Assembly: GCA_963920595.1 (NCBI GenBank)
Contig: OY986949.1
Location: 1,922,001-1,986,000, forward strand
Length of the DNA stretch: 64,000 bases
Origin: Eimeria praecox
Taxonomy: Eukaryota
Reading direction: 5' to 3'
A model generated the notes under the pieces. The model was not told the origin of the DNA. It ran no database searches and worked only from the letters and a program-made list of their open reading frames with translations. The translations under genes were made by a program, and so were the position numbers. Positions 36,262 through 47,438 of the stretch are shown here, piece by piece. Positions within the stretch are counted from its first letter, which is position 1; every line of letters starts with the position of its first letter.

Positions 36262-37152
36262 CTACGGGTGGTCGCTGGGGGAGCTCCACTTTGGGGGTTG
36301 CGGAGACTGGGGAGGCAAATCTATGAAGCTCAGAGAAGGCCCCGTAGGGACTGTTGGACTCAGCAAGAAGTCAGGCAGCGGCGGCGGCCGTCGCTGTCTG
36401 CTCTGTTCCAGGTTGCCCGCATGGAGGGGCAGGCGAGGAGGCCTGTGTTTGTTGGAGGGGGCCTCCTCCTCAGTGCTTTGCAGAACGGGGGCTTCCTCTC
36501 GAGTCCCTGCCCACTCGTTGAAGAGCTGCCGTGTGAGAGAGTCCATAGGCGAAGGCAGCAAGGCGTCGGGGAAAAGATTCTGGTCAAAGACAGGCAACAC
36601 CCGGCGACGGATCGTATCTGTGAGCTCCCCCAAGGCCGCCTCCTGCGCATGAATGATTTGAGCTGTGCGCTGACGCAGCTCCCAAAGGCCCCAACAAGAA
36701 GCCAAGGTGTTTAGAGTCATGAGCATCAGCAGCCACCACTTGGTCAGACCATCTCCGCCCCCAACCCCTTTTCGCTCGCGGCTTCGAGACTGCAGCGGAG
36801 TCTCATACACCACACGCGCAGGCAGCAGACCCCCCTGCATCCCCTCTCCCGCCAGGGGCCCCTGCAAGGCATACCCTAGCGCTGCATTGTACATAGGGGC
36901 CCCCTGCCAGTCTGCCGATGCCGCTGGGGAAGCTCCCCCAGAAGCCTTTCTTCCCCCAGCTGCGGGAGGAGACTGCGTGCCAGATACCTCCTTGTAAACC
37001 GCATCCAAAGCCCCAAGAGGCTGCTCAGCTTGCACCATTGAGGGGGCTGCTCCATGGGGGCCTCCTCCCTTGGCCACAGTGGGGCCAGGAGAAGGCGGCG
37101 AAGCCCCCTCCCCTACAGCTGCCTCTTTGGGGCCCCCGTTGCTCCACGCCAT
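36262..37152 (-). CDS. Hypothetical single-TM protein; may extend through further exons to ~34586
   Basis: 296-aa ATG-initiated ORF with a hydrophobic segment WWLLMLMTLNTLASCWGLW. Exon-like blocks with splice signals lie at ~35.9, 35.7, 35.55, 35.3, 35.0 and 34.7 kb. Confidence 0.55.
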   Translation of the reverse strand: MAWSNGGPKEAAVGEGASPPSPGPTVAKGGGPHGAAPSMVQAEQPLGALDAVYKEVSGTQSPPAAGGRKASGGASPAASADWQGAPMYNAALGYALQGPLAGEGMQGGLLPARVVYETPLQSRSRERKGVGGGDGLTKWWLLMLMTLNTLASCWGLWELRQRTAQIIHAQEAALGELTDTIRRRVLPVFDQNLFPDALLPSPMDSLTRQLFNEWAGTREEAPVLQSTEEEAPSNKHRPPRLPLHAGNLEQSRQRRPPPLPDFLLSPTVPTGPSLSFIDLPPQSPQPPKWSSPSDHP

Positions 37153-40100
37153 AGCTGCATGCCTTCCCTAACTCAGAAGCCCCGGATGCTCAGAGGGGCC
37201 TCTCGGCCCTCACGCAGGGGCGGCGCTTTATTCCTTGTCCTTAGGAGGTAGGGAAGGGAGCAGAGATATATACGCTGCTGTTGTGAGCGGCAACGCCTGC
37301 CGAGATGCCAAGTGGGGCTTCCGACGGCCCCGAAAGAAGAAGAAAAGGAGCTCCACCCAAGGATGCAGCATGCAACATAATACACGCGGAGCGAGGGAGA
37401 CGCGGGAGCATGCGGCCCAGCACCTCGTATGCCAAGCAGCACCCCCAGCAGTCGACGAGCAGCAGCTGAGCCAGTGGCCCTTCGATGCACAAACGATCTG
37501 CTGCTGTGAGGCTTGGGGGAGAGAAAGAGGGCTCAGGAACGCACGAAGGAGCGAAAGGGATTTGTTGAGCTGTGGGGCCCCCGGGGGAGGCGAGGAGAGG
37601 GCAGCTCCATGGACATGTAAAACTCCTCAACCCTGAAGCCTTCGCCTTGTAGCCATGAGCACATATATAATGAGATGGATGCACAGATGAAATGGCCACA
37701 CAGAGGCTCCGTGCTTGTCGCTGCCTCGCGCCCAGTCACGACCGCCCTGTCAGGCCCTCTTTCTCCCGTTTAAGTCCTTTTCCCCCTTTTTATATTACAC
37801 TTGTCTTATTTCTCCGTAAATACCCCTGCAAATTGCACAGAATTGTCCTCGCTTTCTGCCGTCCCCGTACTTCAGCGCACCGCTGGACCGCGTGCCCCTT
37901 GTGGAGCCACTACGGAAGCTGAGCTCCTGAGGCATAGCCGGCGGTAAGCAAAGTGCTGTCTGGGGATCAGCGCGCTCACTGCAAAGAAAAACTGTAATTA
38001 TTTTATTTCCATGAAAGACCAAATGCATCCAAGTGATTACAGCCGCTAACCGTAAGGCAGCCCATTGGCACTAACTGTGAAGCCGCATAGAGGGGGCTGC
38101 TGCAGGTGAGGCGTGTTTCTCGAAGTATGCTGGTATTCCGTGAGCTTGACGTATCAGCAGGTGATTACACGCACTTTCCCCTGAGAATGGCCACTCCGTG
38201 CACTACGTCCCAACTTCCCACGAGCCAACCAATTGGCATGTTGTACCTAGTGTAGCATGGTCTGATTGATGTTGTAGCGCGCATCTACTTTTGCTTGAAG
38301 TCTAGCTATGGAGGGCTAGGCTCGAGTTTAACGATTCTCTGCACTACAGTCCTCAATGGCAGCGCAAGCAGCGAAAGAGCTGCTGCAAGGTGTGTTGCAG
38401 CTATGACAGACCTGTCGCAAGACTTCCCAGCAGCCCGAAGCCCATGGGCCTCTGTGCCCAAGGGGGGTGGAAGCTGGAGGAGAGGTCAGGTACTTTGGGT
38501 GAGCCGCTTTTCTTAAGTATTTGCTCTACTGCAGCGCACGACAGTCCTCATGTAAGATCGAGGATGCCCCCGCACTGTGATAGAAGGCTGCATGACATGA
38601 GCTGCGGCGCATCGTACTGTTAGTGCTGAAAGGCACCAGGGGAGAACCGCCTAGCCTCCCTTTCCACATGTGCTAGCACTGTATTTAGCATAGCCCGTTC
38701 GCTGGTGGCGCAACAGCACATTCATACAGCGATGACGCTTGCAAAAAAAATTCAGTCGTGTTTGCATGTGAGGCTATCTTGCGCTAGTTGCAGTAAGGTG
38801 CGCCTCAACTCAGTCCAGGCAACCCCTTCTTCTGCAGTCTTATGTCCTGAGCTACTGTCCAGGAAGCCTAGGCACAAGGGAGGGTGGTCTGCTAATTTCA
38901 GCGAACTATTACTTAAAGTCCTTTTGCTTTATTACAGTTCATGACGGTCTTCCAGTAAGACTGGCTACTGGGTACCGAGTTCTCTGGCTGCTACCGGTTA
39001 TTGCATGCAATCATTTTCTTGGCCAGCATGCATAATGTCTATATCTGGGTCGTGTCATTGGCTGCTTTTTTCGTAGCAGCTAGGGAAGTGGAAGGGGCAT
39101 TTTTCAGCTTGGGAAGGCACAAACGCCCCATCGTCAAGGCGAGGTCCACAATTTTACGCGCTGGACCCTCTCCGTTTTCCAGCCAGTTAGGGAGTGGTTT
39201 TTCTCTAGCGGGAGGCCCTGCTATGGGCCATTAATGTAATATGTGGGAATCCATTGCTGCGCTTCTGTTCACCAGGAACTGACACGTCTCAATGCCACTT
39301 TCTACTGATAGTTTCCCTTCTTTAATTTCACCAAACTTGAGTCTCGCTTGCCTGCTTGTCGACCCGCGGATAAAGCTAAGGAGCTTCCATGCTCCGGATG
39401 CGCTCGGGCGATAACTGTGCTTTGCTCAGGTATACCCGCAATTATCGTCTCTCCCCTTCTAGCTCAAAAGGTGCCAGTAGCAACGGTAGCTATTCGGCTT
39501 CATCTTGAAGCAGGTGTAACTCAGATCGAACTAGGAATTCCGCCACTTTCCCTTCGTCGTGGCGCCTTTCACATGTGAAATGTCGACAAAGGGTGAGGCA
39601 TTCTTCATGAATTGTCTTTACTGTAGGCGTTTACGACTTGAAGGGACGCAGATAGTGCCCTTGCTCCGGTATGACGTGGAGCCAAGCCGTTGGTCGGCTC
39701 TGCACTAGAGGAGAGACCCTCAAAAACCTCTATTATCCGACAGGAGACAAGGGCTGAAGAACTGGCACACGCTTGAGGTGGGGAATGCGGGGACCGTCTT
39801 TTGGGCTTAGACTCTTGCAAACCGGCTTCGATCCCAATCATTGATATTGCTCTAGGCCGCTCGGCTGTGAGGGAGCTATTCGAGGCCTCTCACCTCTCCC
39901 GATGAACAATACTGTGCTCCCATGTGCAGCAATGGCTCTCACCCTTAATTGGAAGCCTTCGCCCGCTGCACAATATATGCAGAAGATCTGGTATATGAGT
40001 CCCCACAAAGGAGATGACCACTCCAGACCCCAGTTGTCTTGTTTACAGGCGCACAAGGTTTGGGAGCTGCTAAAGAGACGAGCCGGCCTATCAGTGTCTG

Positions 40101-41048
40101 CGATGAACGTTGGTGCAGCCTTTGCTGTAAGACCGCTGTAGCACAGTCTGCGGGATGTCTGCTCTCGTGCCTCTACTTGCTGGCACGCTGAATGTAGAGA
40201 GTGAAGCGAGGATTTAGTGACCGTATATACCACTGTCTGCATCGCTAACTGGTGTAACAAAAACGCTATTTGTATGTGTGCGCAAGGGGGACTGCCTGGT
40301 ACAATTAGTTGCAGGTAGGTCCTTCAGCCGGTGTGTTCAAGGTGCCTGCAGCCTGGAGGCTGCAGAAGTGGCCATCTGGTTTTATAAATTCTTCCACTAA
40401 GGCTTTGGCGCTACTGCAGCACTCGACGGTGCTCAACTACAATCGAGCGCCTCCGTCTCACCAGCCTTACGCGCAAGCGCAGCCAAACGCCCTACGCTTC
40501 ATAAACAAACCTCATAGAAAGTAGTTAAACGCATGGTTGGCCATAGGTTGCCAGACTGCAGATGACTGAATACAAGCAACAGCTCCACTTAGCCATGCTA
40601 AAGCCTTACACAAGGGACCCTCTTTACACATACAGAGAGGCACAACCACATGCAAGGGCGTTCAAACCAGGTTTTGATATATAAACTAGTTGTGTGTGTA
40701 ATTACAAAACATTATCGTGGACCTCAATAGCTACGCTGAGAGCAAATAGAAATACACGAACCAGCATATGGCGTATCATGCTACAGCACCTCGCCTTCGC
40801 TTCAGCTGTGAAAAGAAGTGGCCTGTTCCTGCCTCTAAAAAAGTAAATGGAAAAGGTTTTGAATTACTTCTACCTCGCAGCAAACAAGCATATGAGCTTG
40901 TATTCCGCACGTAAGTTCGGCTTTTGGCTGCTAAAGCGGTTGCGTGGGGCTTGGGGCTGCCTCTCCAGACAGATCGCTTCCACGATGGGGTTTGCGGGGC
41001 CAGCATGGCAATTATGCAGGCTGCTTGTTGGGCGAAATTTAAGAATAA

Positions 41049-41085
41049 CTCCTCTTCCTTACCCTTCGCGTCGGCTTAATACTCC
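41049..41085 (+). promoter_or_regulatory. Pyrimidine tract plus TRP-1-like ribosomal-protein element
   Basis: CTCCTCTTCCTTACCCTTC is followed by TCGGCTTAATACTCC, ending just upstream of the RPS15 ATG. It shares TCGGCTTA with the Toxoplasma TRP-1 consensus (TCGGCTTATATTCGG, recalled from memory). Confidence 0.5.
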
Positions 41086-41096
41086 ATAGGACCAAA

Positions 41097-42202
41097 ATGG
41101 TGGGCTGTATTACATTTTACTGGCGACGGAATGCTTTCCGCGTCTTCTGGCTTCGGCAATGTGCGGCTCTCTGTACGGTGTAGGGACGGCTTAATGATGC
41201 CTTCCCTTTATCTTTTCTTGTTTGTTGTGAGAAAGTTAGACTCTTCCTGCATTGGAAGGGGGTTAATATGTGTTCTCTTTTCGGGGAAGGGCTAACGAAC
41301 CTCGGTTATGAGCCCTCAGCCGCCCGCGCGCCTACAGTGTTCTTTCCTTGAAACGAATTGGGCTTGATAGTTGCATGCTTGAGTACCGTGCGAAGATATT
41401 CCTCTGTGCGGGTTTCTTTAAGGCTTTTCAAGAACGTGGAGCGCCGTGGGCTTGCCACGCCCCCTCCATTTTCCGTAATCTGGGTAGTTTGGGGGCTATC
41501 GGGGATGGCGGCATCTTGTGTATTCAGTTGAATGGACGTTGCAGGCGTGTGTCATCGGGCAGCGGGCAGGTGATAGGGGGTTTGCTTGCTGCGTTTGGTG
41601 CTCAGGCGGAAGACGCGACGGCTCCCCGCAAGAGGACGTTCCGTACGTTCACCTACCGCGGTGTAGACTTGGAGAAGTTGGTGACACTTCCCCTTGACAA
41701 GCTGGTGGATCTCTTCCGTGCCCGCCAGCGCCGCAAATTTAGCCGCGGCATCAACCAGAAGGCGTTGCCTCTTATGAACAAGTTGAGGAAGGCCAAGAAG
41801 GACTTGCCATATGGCGAGAAGCCCGCTCCAGTAAATACACACCTGCGCAATGTCGTGGTGGTGCCGGAAATGATCGGATCGTTGGTTGGCGTCTACAACG
41901 GCAAGCAGTTTATCAATGTTGAAATCAAGGTAAGGGTTTTATTCAGCCTCACCGAGGGCTGCACTGTCTCACCGAAGGTGCAGAGTCTACCCACAGCCGT
42001 CCTGCCCAGCATCGTGGGCACTTTAATTGAAGCATTAGTAGATGGCGTGAACGGAGTAGCAGTGGTTTTCGTGCTTTTTCTTTCGCAGCCAGAGATGGTG
42101 GGCTACTACCTTGGCGAGTTCTCCATCAGCTACAAGCCGGTTCGCCATGGCAAGCCTGGTATCGGCGCCACACACTCTTCCCGCTTCATCCCTCTTAAGT
42201 AA
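41097..42202 (+). CDS. RPS15: 40S ribosomal protein S15 (uS19); 3 exons, the first contributing only the ATG
   Basis: AAAATG|GTGGGC at 41097-41099; exons 41606-41929 and 42089-42202. Product: [14 protein letters not shown]...[25 protein letters not shown]...[37 protein letters not shown]. Confidence 0.97.
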
Positions 42203-42507
42203 AGCACCGACTGGGATGGCATCGCCTTAGAGGTGTGCCAGGCGTCGGGTTGTTTTCATTTAACGGTTTGGGATTATTTTCTGTTTTTGTTGCGTCGCGT
42301 GTACTAAATCTCAGTATATAGTAGTCGGCAAAAGCCTTCCTAGCTGTTGTCTAGTTCGCTATTAGTGCATCTAGTCTCTGAGCATTAAGCAGTAGTTATG
42401 CGAACACTTAAACAGGAACGTTTGCCAAATAGAAAGCGTAAATCTGCGGGGGTCCGCCGCTAGTTTCCAGTGCTGTGAGGTCTGTTAAAACACGCCGTTA
42501 GACTGGA

Positions 42508-44303
42508 TCAGAATAATCCGTCTTCGGCTTGAATTCCTTTCGCCTTCCTTTCCTGCGACTCCGTCTGCACAAAGCGACGCCCGCAGGCCGAACATTTAAG
42601 GTATTTAACATTTAAAGGTGACGCCGCTAGGTTTCTAGCATGCACACGTCACAGTACTACGCAACCAGCGTGCGCACAGACGCTCTGCAGCTCGGAGGGA
42701 GGCGACTGCGGGCCGTTCCTGTAGCCTTCTTACCCAGGCTTTTGCTATTGTCCTCTTCATTTCGCTGTCACCCTGAAATCGCAGGAAGTTAGAACGCGCG
42801 TATATAGCAGTTAAGTAGACGTCGGTATGCTTGCTCGCAACCCCGCTACCTAACAAATGATCGGACGGTGCGGGGGCATGCATCCGCGGACTCGCGAGAG
42901 GCGGTACTTACTTGGTTGTACAGGCTCTTCATCATGCTCATGATTGACTGCGATGGGTCGGCAGATGGGTCTAGCTTGGGGATCGCATTTGACTGCGTCG
43001 GCTTTGCTACGGAGTCCCAGTGTTCTCCTGGGCGCAACTGCACATACCGTACCCAGCGCACGCATGCGAACACAGGATTTGCCCAAGGGCCGCAGAAGGC
43101 CAGCTGCACTCAATGAGCGGCAGCAACTAATCCTATCCACTTCACGGCTGCCTTAGAAACCTCTTGAACACCAAAGCGTACTTTTGCCAAGCGGATGGTC
43201 GCAGTGTCCCGTTTAACGGAGAAGTTGGACTCTGAAACACTCGGAATCATTAAAGCAGACGTTTGTACCTATGAACTTTAAGAGGAAGTGACAGGCTCCC
43301 ACGTGTAACTGCATCCAATCTAAGCCGTTGGCACATCCGTCTTCGAAGTGTGGCTACAGGGGATCAGAGGACGCGCAAAAGCAAAGCCATACTCTGTGTG
43401 TCGATTGGAGCAAAGAGAGGACTAAATTTGAGGTTATAGTTCTTCTGTCGCAGATTTCGCACCTGAAGGTTAGAGGAACACAACGATAAACTAAGACTGA
43501 TAGTATGGTACTGTACCCGCTTTACACTGGCTTGCCCCTCTGAAATTTCGAAAATATGGGAAGAGCTGAGGAACATACCACCAACTCTGCGCTATTGTCC
43601 TCGAAGCGCACAGACGTTGCGTCAGGGGAGAGGTCTGTCAGGCCGTCCAGCTGTACATAAACCCTAAGCATGGCCACACAAGCAGAAATAAAAGCAGACG
43701 CAGACGAGATTAAATGCACATAGGTTTGGTGCATTCTCCTCAGAACGCTCCAGTGACAGCCTTGTCCCGGGGCAGCGCCAATTCCTCGAACTCGAACCCA
43801 CTTTACGAATGTTGGCGTCTGATCCCACGCAAACCGGTCGATTGTATTGAAAACCTTCAAGCAAAAAATAAACAGGCAGAATAAATGAAGATGCTCCGGA
43901 AAGTTCGGGGGGCGAATGCAGTGCCTTAATAACGATACAGAGCTCAACATCCTGTTCATCTTTTCGCTTCTCCACGGACAATCTGGACTCACCTCTTGCG
44001 TAGAAACCCCTTGTGCTGCGCACTTCTCCAAGCGTTCTGCCTGCACAGGCAAGCGAGGCAGTGGAAAACATAAAAGGCAGACCCCTTGATGCCATGCTAA
44101 CAAGCCCAACAGAGATAGCAACTCTCTCCTCTCTCAAGGCAACTCATTGAGGGAGGATACAGCCATTGAAATACCTCTTGGATTTGATCTCGCAGTCGCT
44201 GGCACTGCTCACTCAGCAAGCGCATGACGGCGGGCCTTTTGGCAATTTTTACCAAGGACTCGAGCTCCTCCAAGTCGCTTCGAAGAGCCGATGTGTGCTC
44301 CAT
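42508..44303 (-). CDS. CACYBP: Calcyclin-binding protein / Siah-interacting protein (N-terminal helical, CS and SGS domains); ~9 exons
   Basis: LRSDLEELESLVKIAKRPAVMRLL; TIDRFAWDQTPTFVKVYVQLDGL (CS); DPSQSIMSMMKSLYNQGDSEMKRTIAKAWTES (SGS). An alternative start exists at 44333. Confidence 0.9.
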
Positions 44304-44964
44304 TGTATCTTCCCTGTCAAATACCTGCGCCATTGAGCAAAAAATTACACTTTGTGTGCTCCTTCTTTCAAAGCTAAGGCTACAAAAGCGTAACACCAGA
44401 GGAGCGGCCGATTGTTAGGCGCTACAGCGTAGTCCCCCTAAGCGACCCCCTCTCAACAATTCTGAAGGCAAATCCCAGAAACAGGACCGCAAATTATCCA
44501 ACTCCAGACTTACAGAAAGCACAGGAGGCTAACACGCAGAATAATACCTGACTGCACGTCAGACACGATTGTCGATGCCCCCCCTAAGCCAAAAGGGGTC
44601 GGCGCACTGCGGACGGCGTGGAGCGTGAAGTTCGGCTTTCCCCATCAAACCTCGATACAGTAAGTCAATAAAGCAAATACTAAGTAAAGATCAACTATCA
44701 CAGAAAGCAAAGGATGCTGGCCTGCAGCCAACTGAGGCAAGGTGCATGAAGCGTGAGCCTCGTGATGGCGCCATCTAACGGTAACGAATAACACTGAACA
44801 TGTTCTGAAAATTCCAGCCCATGCCCCTTCCTTCTCGCCTACATACTGGCACATGCATGCACAGGAAGGCGCGAGCATCTCTTAAGTGCATTATTCCAGT
44901 AAACCCTTCCGCTCTAACGGATTGGGCTTGATATCAGCATGTGGGCGCGGAGCTGCGCTGCTAC

Positions 44965-47210
44965 CATGTCCACATTTTTTCGCAATCTTCTACAAAAATT
45001 GAGCCGCCCTTGTTCCATCTGAGCTGCAGCAAGACCCCCTGGATTTTCTCTAGAGTGTACTTCGGGTGCGGGGGGAGCTTCCGTGAGAGCATGGTTTGTT
45101 CACAATGTTTTGCTTCCATCTGAAAAGTCTGCTCTTTTCAAGAAAAAGGTTCTCGTGTCCTTCCGAGACTTAGCATGCGTTTACGAAGGGCCGCCACCTG
45201 CTCAACCAGTTTTGCTGTAGCGGGACATGAAGGATGTTCTGTTCTTAGTTTAAACTAACTAGCTAGTTAGGTAGTTTTAGTGTGCATGGATTTCAACTTG
45301 CAAGCAGGCTGGCTACCGCGAGCCAAGCAGTTGTTTAGAGAAAGTCTACGGCATTAATGCATGCATCCAAAGGGGGATTGGGTATACCTGCTTGCGGGTT
45401 TGCCTAGTGTGGCGTGAGACCTAGAACGTAGCAGAGGACCGTCGTGGGCGGCGATTGTGTCAAATGCCTATAGGAATAGTTCGCAAAAGGCAGCTAAGCA
45501 TCCCTCCATCCTCCTGGGGTCGTGGGCACAACGACCCAAAGGCCTTTTGCTGGTAGAGTAGCGAAGCGGGCCGCTACGGGCTGCAACGCACCGTGCTGCA
45601 ACTGGTGATGCAGGACAGCTCCGCACGCAAGCGCAATCATTCACCCCATTGCTGCGCATACTAACACCAAAGATGCCGTTCCACTGCGCTCACGAGGGTT
45701 GGAGGTAGTGACTGATGTCATTTGCTAGTGGAGATCTCGTAAGTGTTTCCACCCTACTGCAGTTCGCAGCGCCCCTGGGCTAAGGCCAATGATTAACTTT
45801 AAAGTAACTGCTCTATGATTCTGTTCAACAGCCGATGCATCTCAACGAGGAGGACTTCCCATCAAACACCATCGCTTCTTCATATTCCTAGAATCACCGA
45901 CTAGGACAGTTTATTCCATATCGTTATTTTCAATGCTTGATGAGCCGCCGTTGTGATAGGGCCGCCAACAGTCAAGTGCACGACACTACGTTTGTGTGTT
46001 TATTGGCTATACTGAGTTAAGTAAGCACCTAGATCCTCTGTATTGTTCATGGGTGCAGCACAATGAGTATTGAGGATGCATGCTGGTAGGGCTCCGTTTT
46101 GCGCAGAGCTGATGGGAGAAGCGCTGCACCTTTGCATATGCTGCATCTTCCTCCCGATATGCTGGGGATCCTGTAACGCTGCGTTTAATATGGCCGAGAA
46201 CGGTAGGCAAGCCCAAATGCAGCCTGGGGAAACTATAATCTCCCAAGCTGTGAACCCATTTTTGCTCATGCCAGTCCTAGTTAAAGGCCGATGACTCTTC
46301 TAATGAGTCCTTGACCGTAGCAGAGGAATGTGGTGATCTAAGGGAGTGTCAAATGACTCAATAATTCCACAGAAGCACCTGACCTCCCCCCCATTGCTTA
46401 GCTATACTGCGCAAAGGGCCCAATGTCCTGGGGATGGTATGGAGAGAGGGCACCCTGCATGGTTTGCAACGTATCTTGCTGCAACTCCTTCTGAGGGGCA
46501 ATTCTGCATGCAAGGATAAGAAATCCCCGCTCTGATAGATGCAGTATCACTCTAGGCAACTGCTAGATACTGTTTTGGTCCTATGTGGTCAGCCTGCATG
46601 CAATTAAAAACCCATGTACCAGCACCATACCGAACATCTAGGAGCTCTGGTCGTAAGTATTCTAAACAGCCTAGTTTTGCCAGTTGAATGGTTTCAACGA
46701 GTTGTTCCGATAGGCGTTCATTTTCCCAGGGAACTTCTTGTAGTGCATCACATTTATAACACCCAGAAAAAGCCAAGCATACGGCCATCGGACTTTTGTG
46801 CCACCGGCCTACCTCTGCAACAATTGGCACGAACTCGAATGACGCTGAATGCTTCACAAGCACTAGATGAAAAGAAACATACGCCTATCGTAGACACCGC
46901 CACACAGCACATCACAGCTGCACGCACCCGCTCATTCTCATGTCACTAACGTAATGGGGAATAAGCACAGTCTTAATCAATCATCTGGAGCAATCACAGG
47001 CTAGGGTGTAAGCGTATACAAACGCCGCACGGAACGAAGGATTCAACATGCGTATTAGAGTCGTTATGCATGAAGTACAAACTAGAATCATGAATACCGT
47101 CCAAAATTGCTCTATATGACTTTTGGCGTGCTGAGTTAATAATCAGAGTAGGTTCCAGGGCCCCGTTGCGGCACGAGCCTTCAGGGGCGCCACGTGCCAG
47201 CGCAGCCACA
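44965..47210 (-). CDS. Possible multi-exon hypothetical gene
   Basis: Exon-like segments bounded by AG/GT: EQLVETIQLAKLGCLEYLRPELLDVRYG (~46.7 kb), LHLGLPTVLGHIKRSVTG (~46.2 kb), PPHPKYTLEKIQGVLLQLRW (~45.05 kb). Phases could not be reconciled. Confidence 0.3.
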
Positions 47211-47438
47211 GACTTCGCATCGTTGCCCTTGCTGTGTCCTCATGGAATTTCTGGTATTGTTACTATTTTACGAACGTACCATTTGCTGCTGAGATGTGTG
47301 ACTGTATCCAGGGCTACCTTTCCGACTCCCTAGACTCGGGATGCCACGGCCGCCTCTAGGGTTCTTACATCTCCTGTGCCACAATACTCACGCTAACTTT
47401 CCTTATGAAATTTATATACAGAAGGGAGCATTTTCACT

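Noticed and set aside
26..37150. Many overlapping antisense or alternate-frame ORFs with poly-C/L/S/Q/A runs
   Set aside because: Shadows of GC-rich CAG/CTG-repeat exons, which lack stop codons in several frames.
37700..41000. Short ORFs and scattered splice-like sites
   Set aside because: Could not assemble a consistent reading frame or domain.
41190..41260. Possible intronic C/D snoRNA in RPS15 intron 1 (ATGATG)
   Set aside because: Box C is incomplete, and I saw no suitably placed box D or terminal stem.
41348..41605. N-terminal extension and internal insertion in the RPS15 ORF call
   Set aside because: Both are intron sequence read through in frame (41100-41605 and 41930-42088).
45830..45900. 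MHLNEEDFPSNT faintly like a Ty3/gypsy reverse transcriptase motif
   Set aside because: No YxDD, integrase or LTR evidence nearby; the match is too short.
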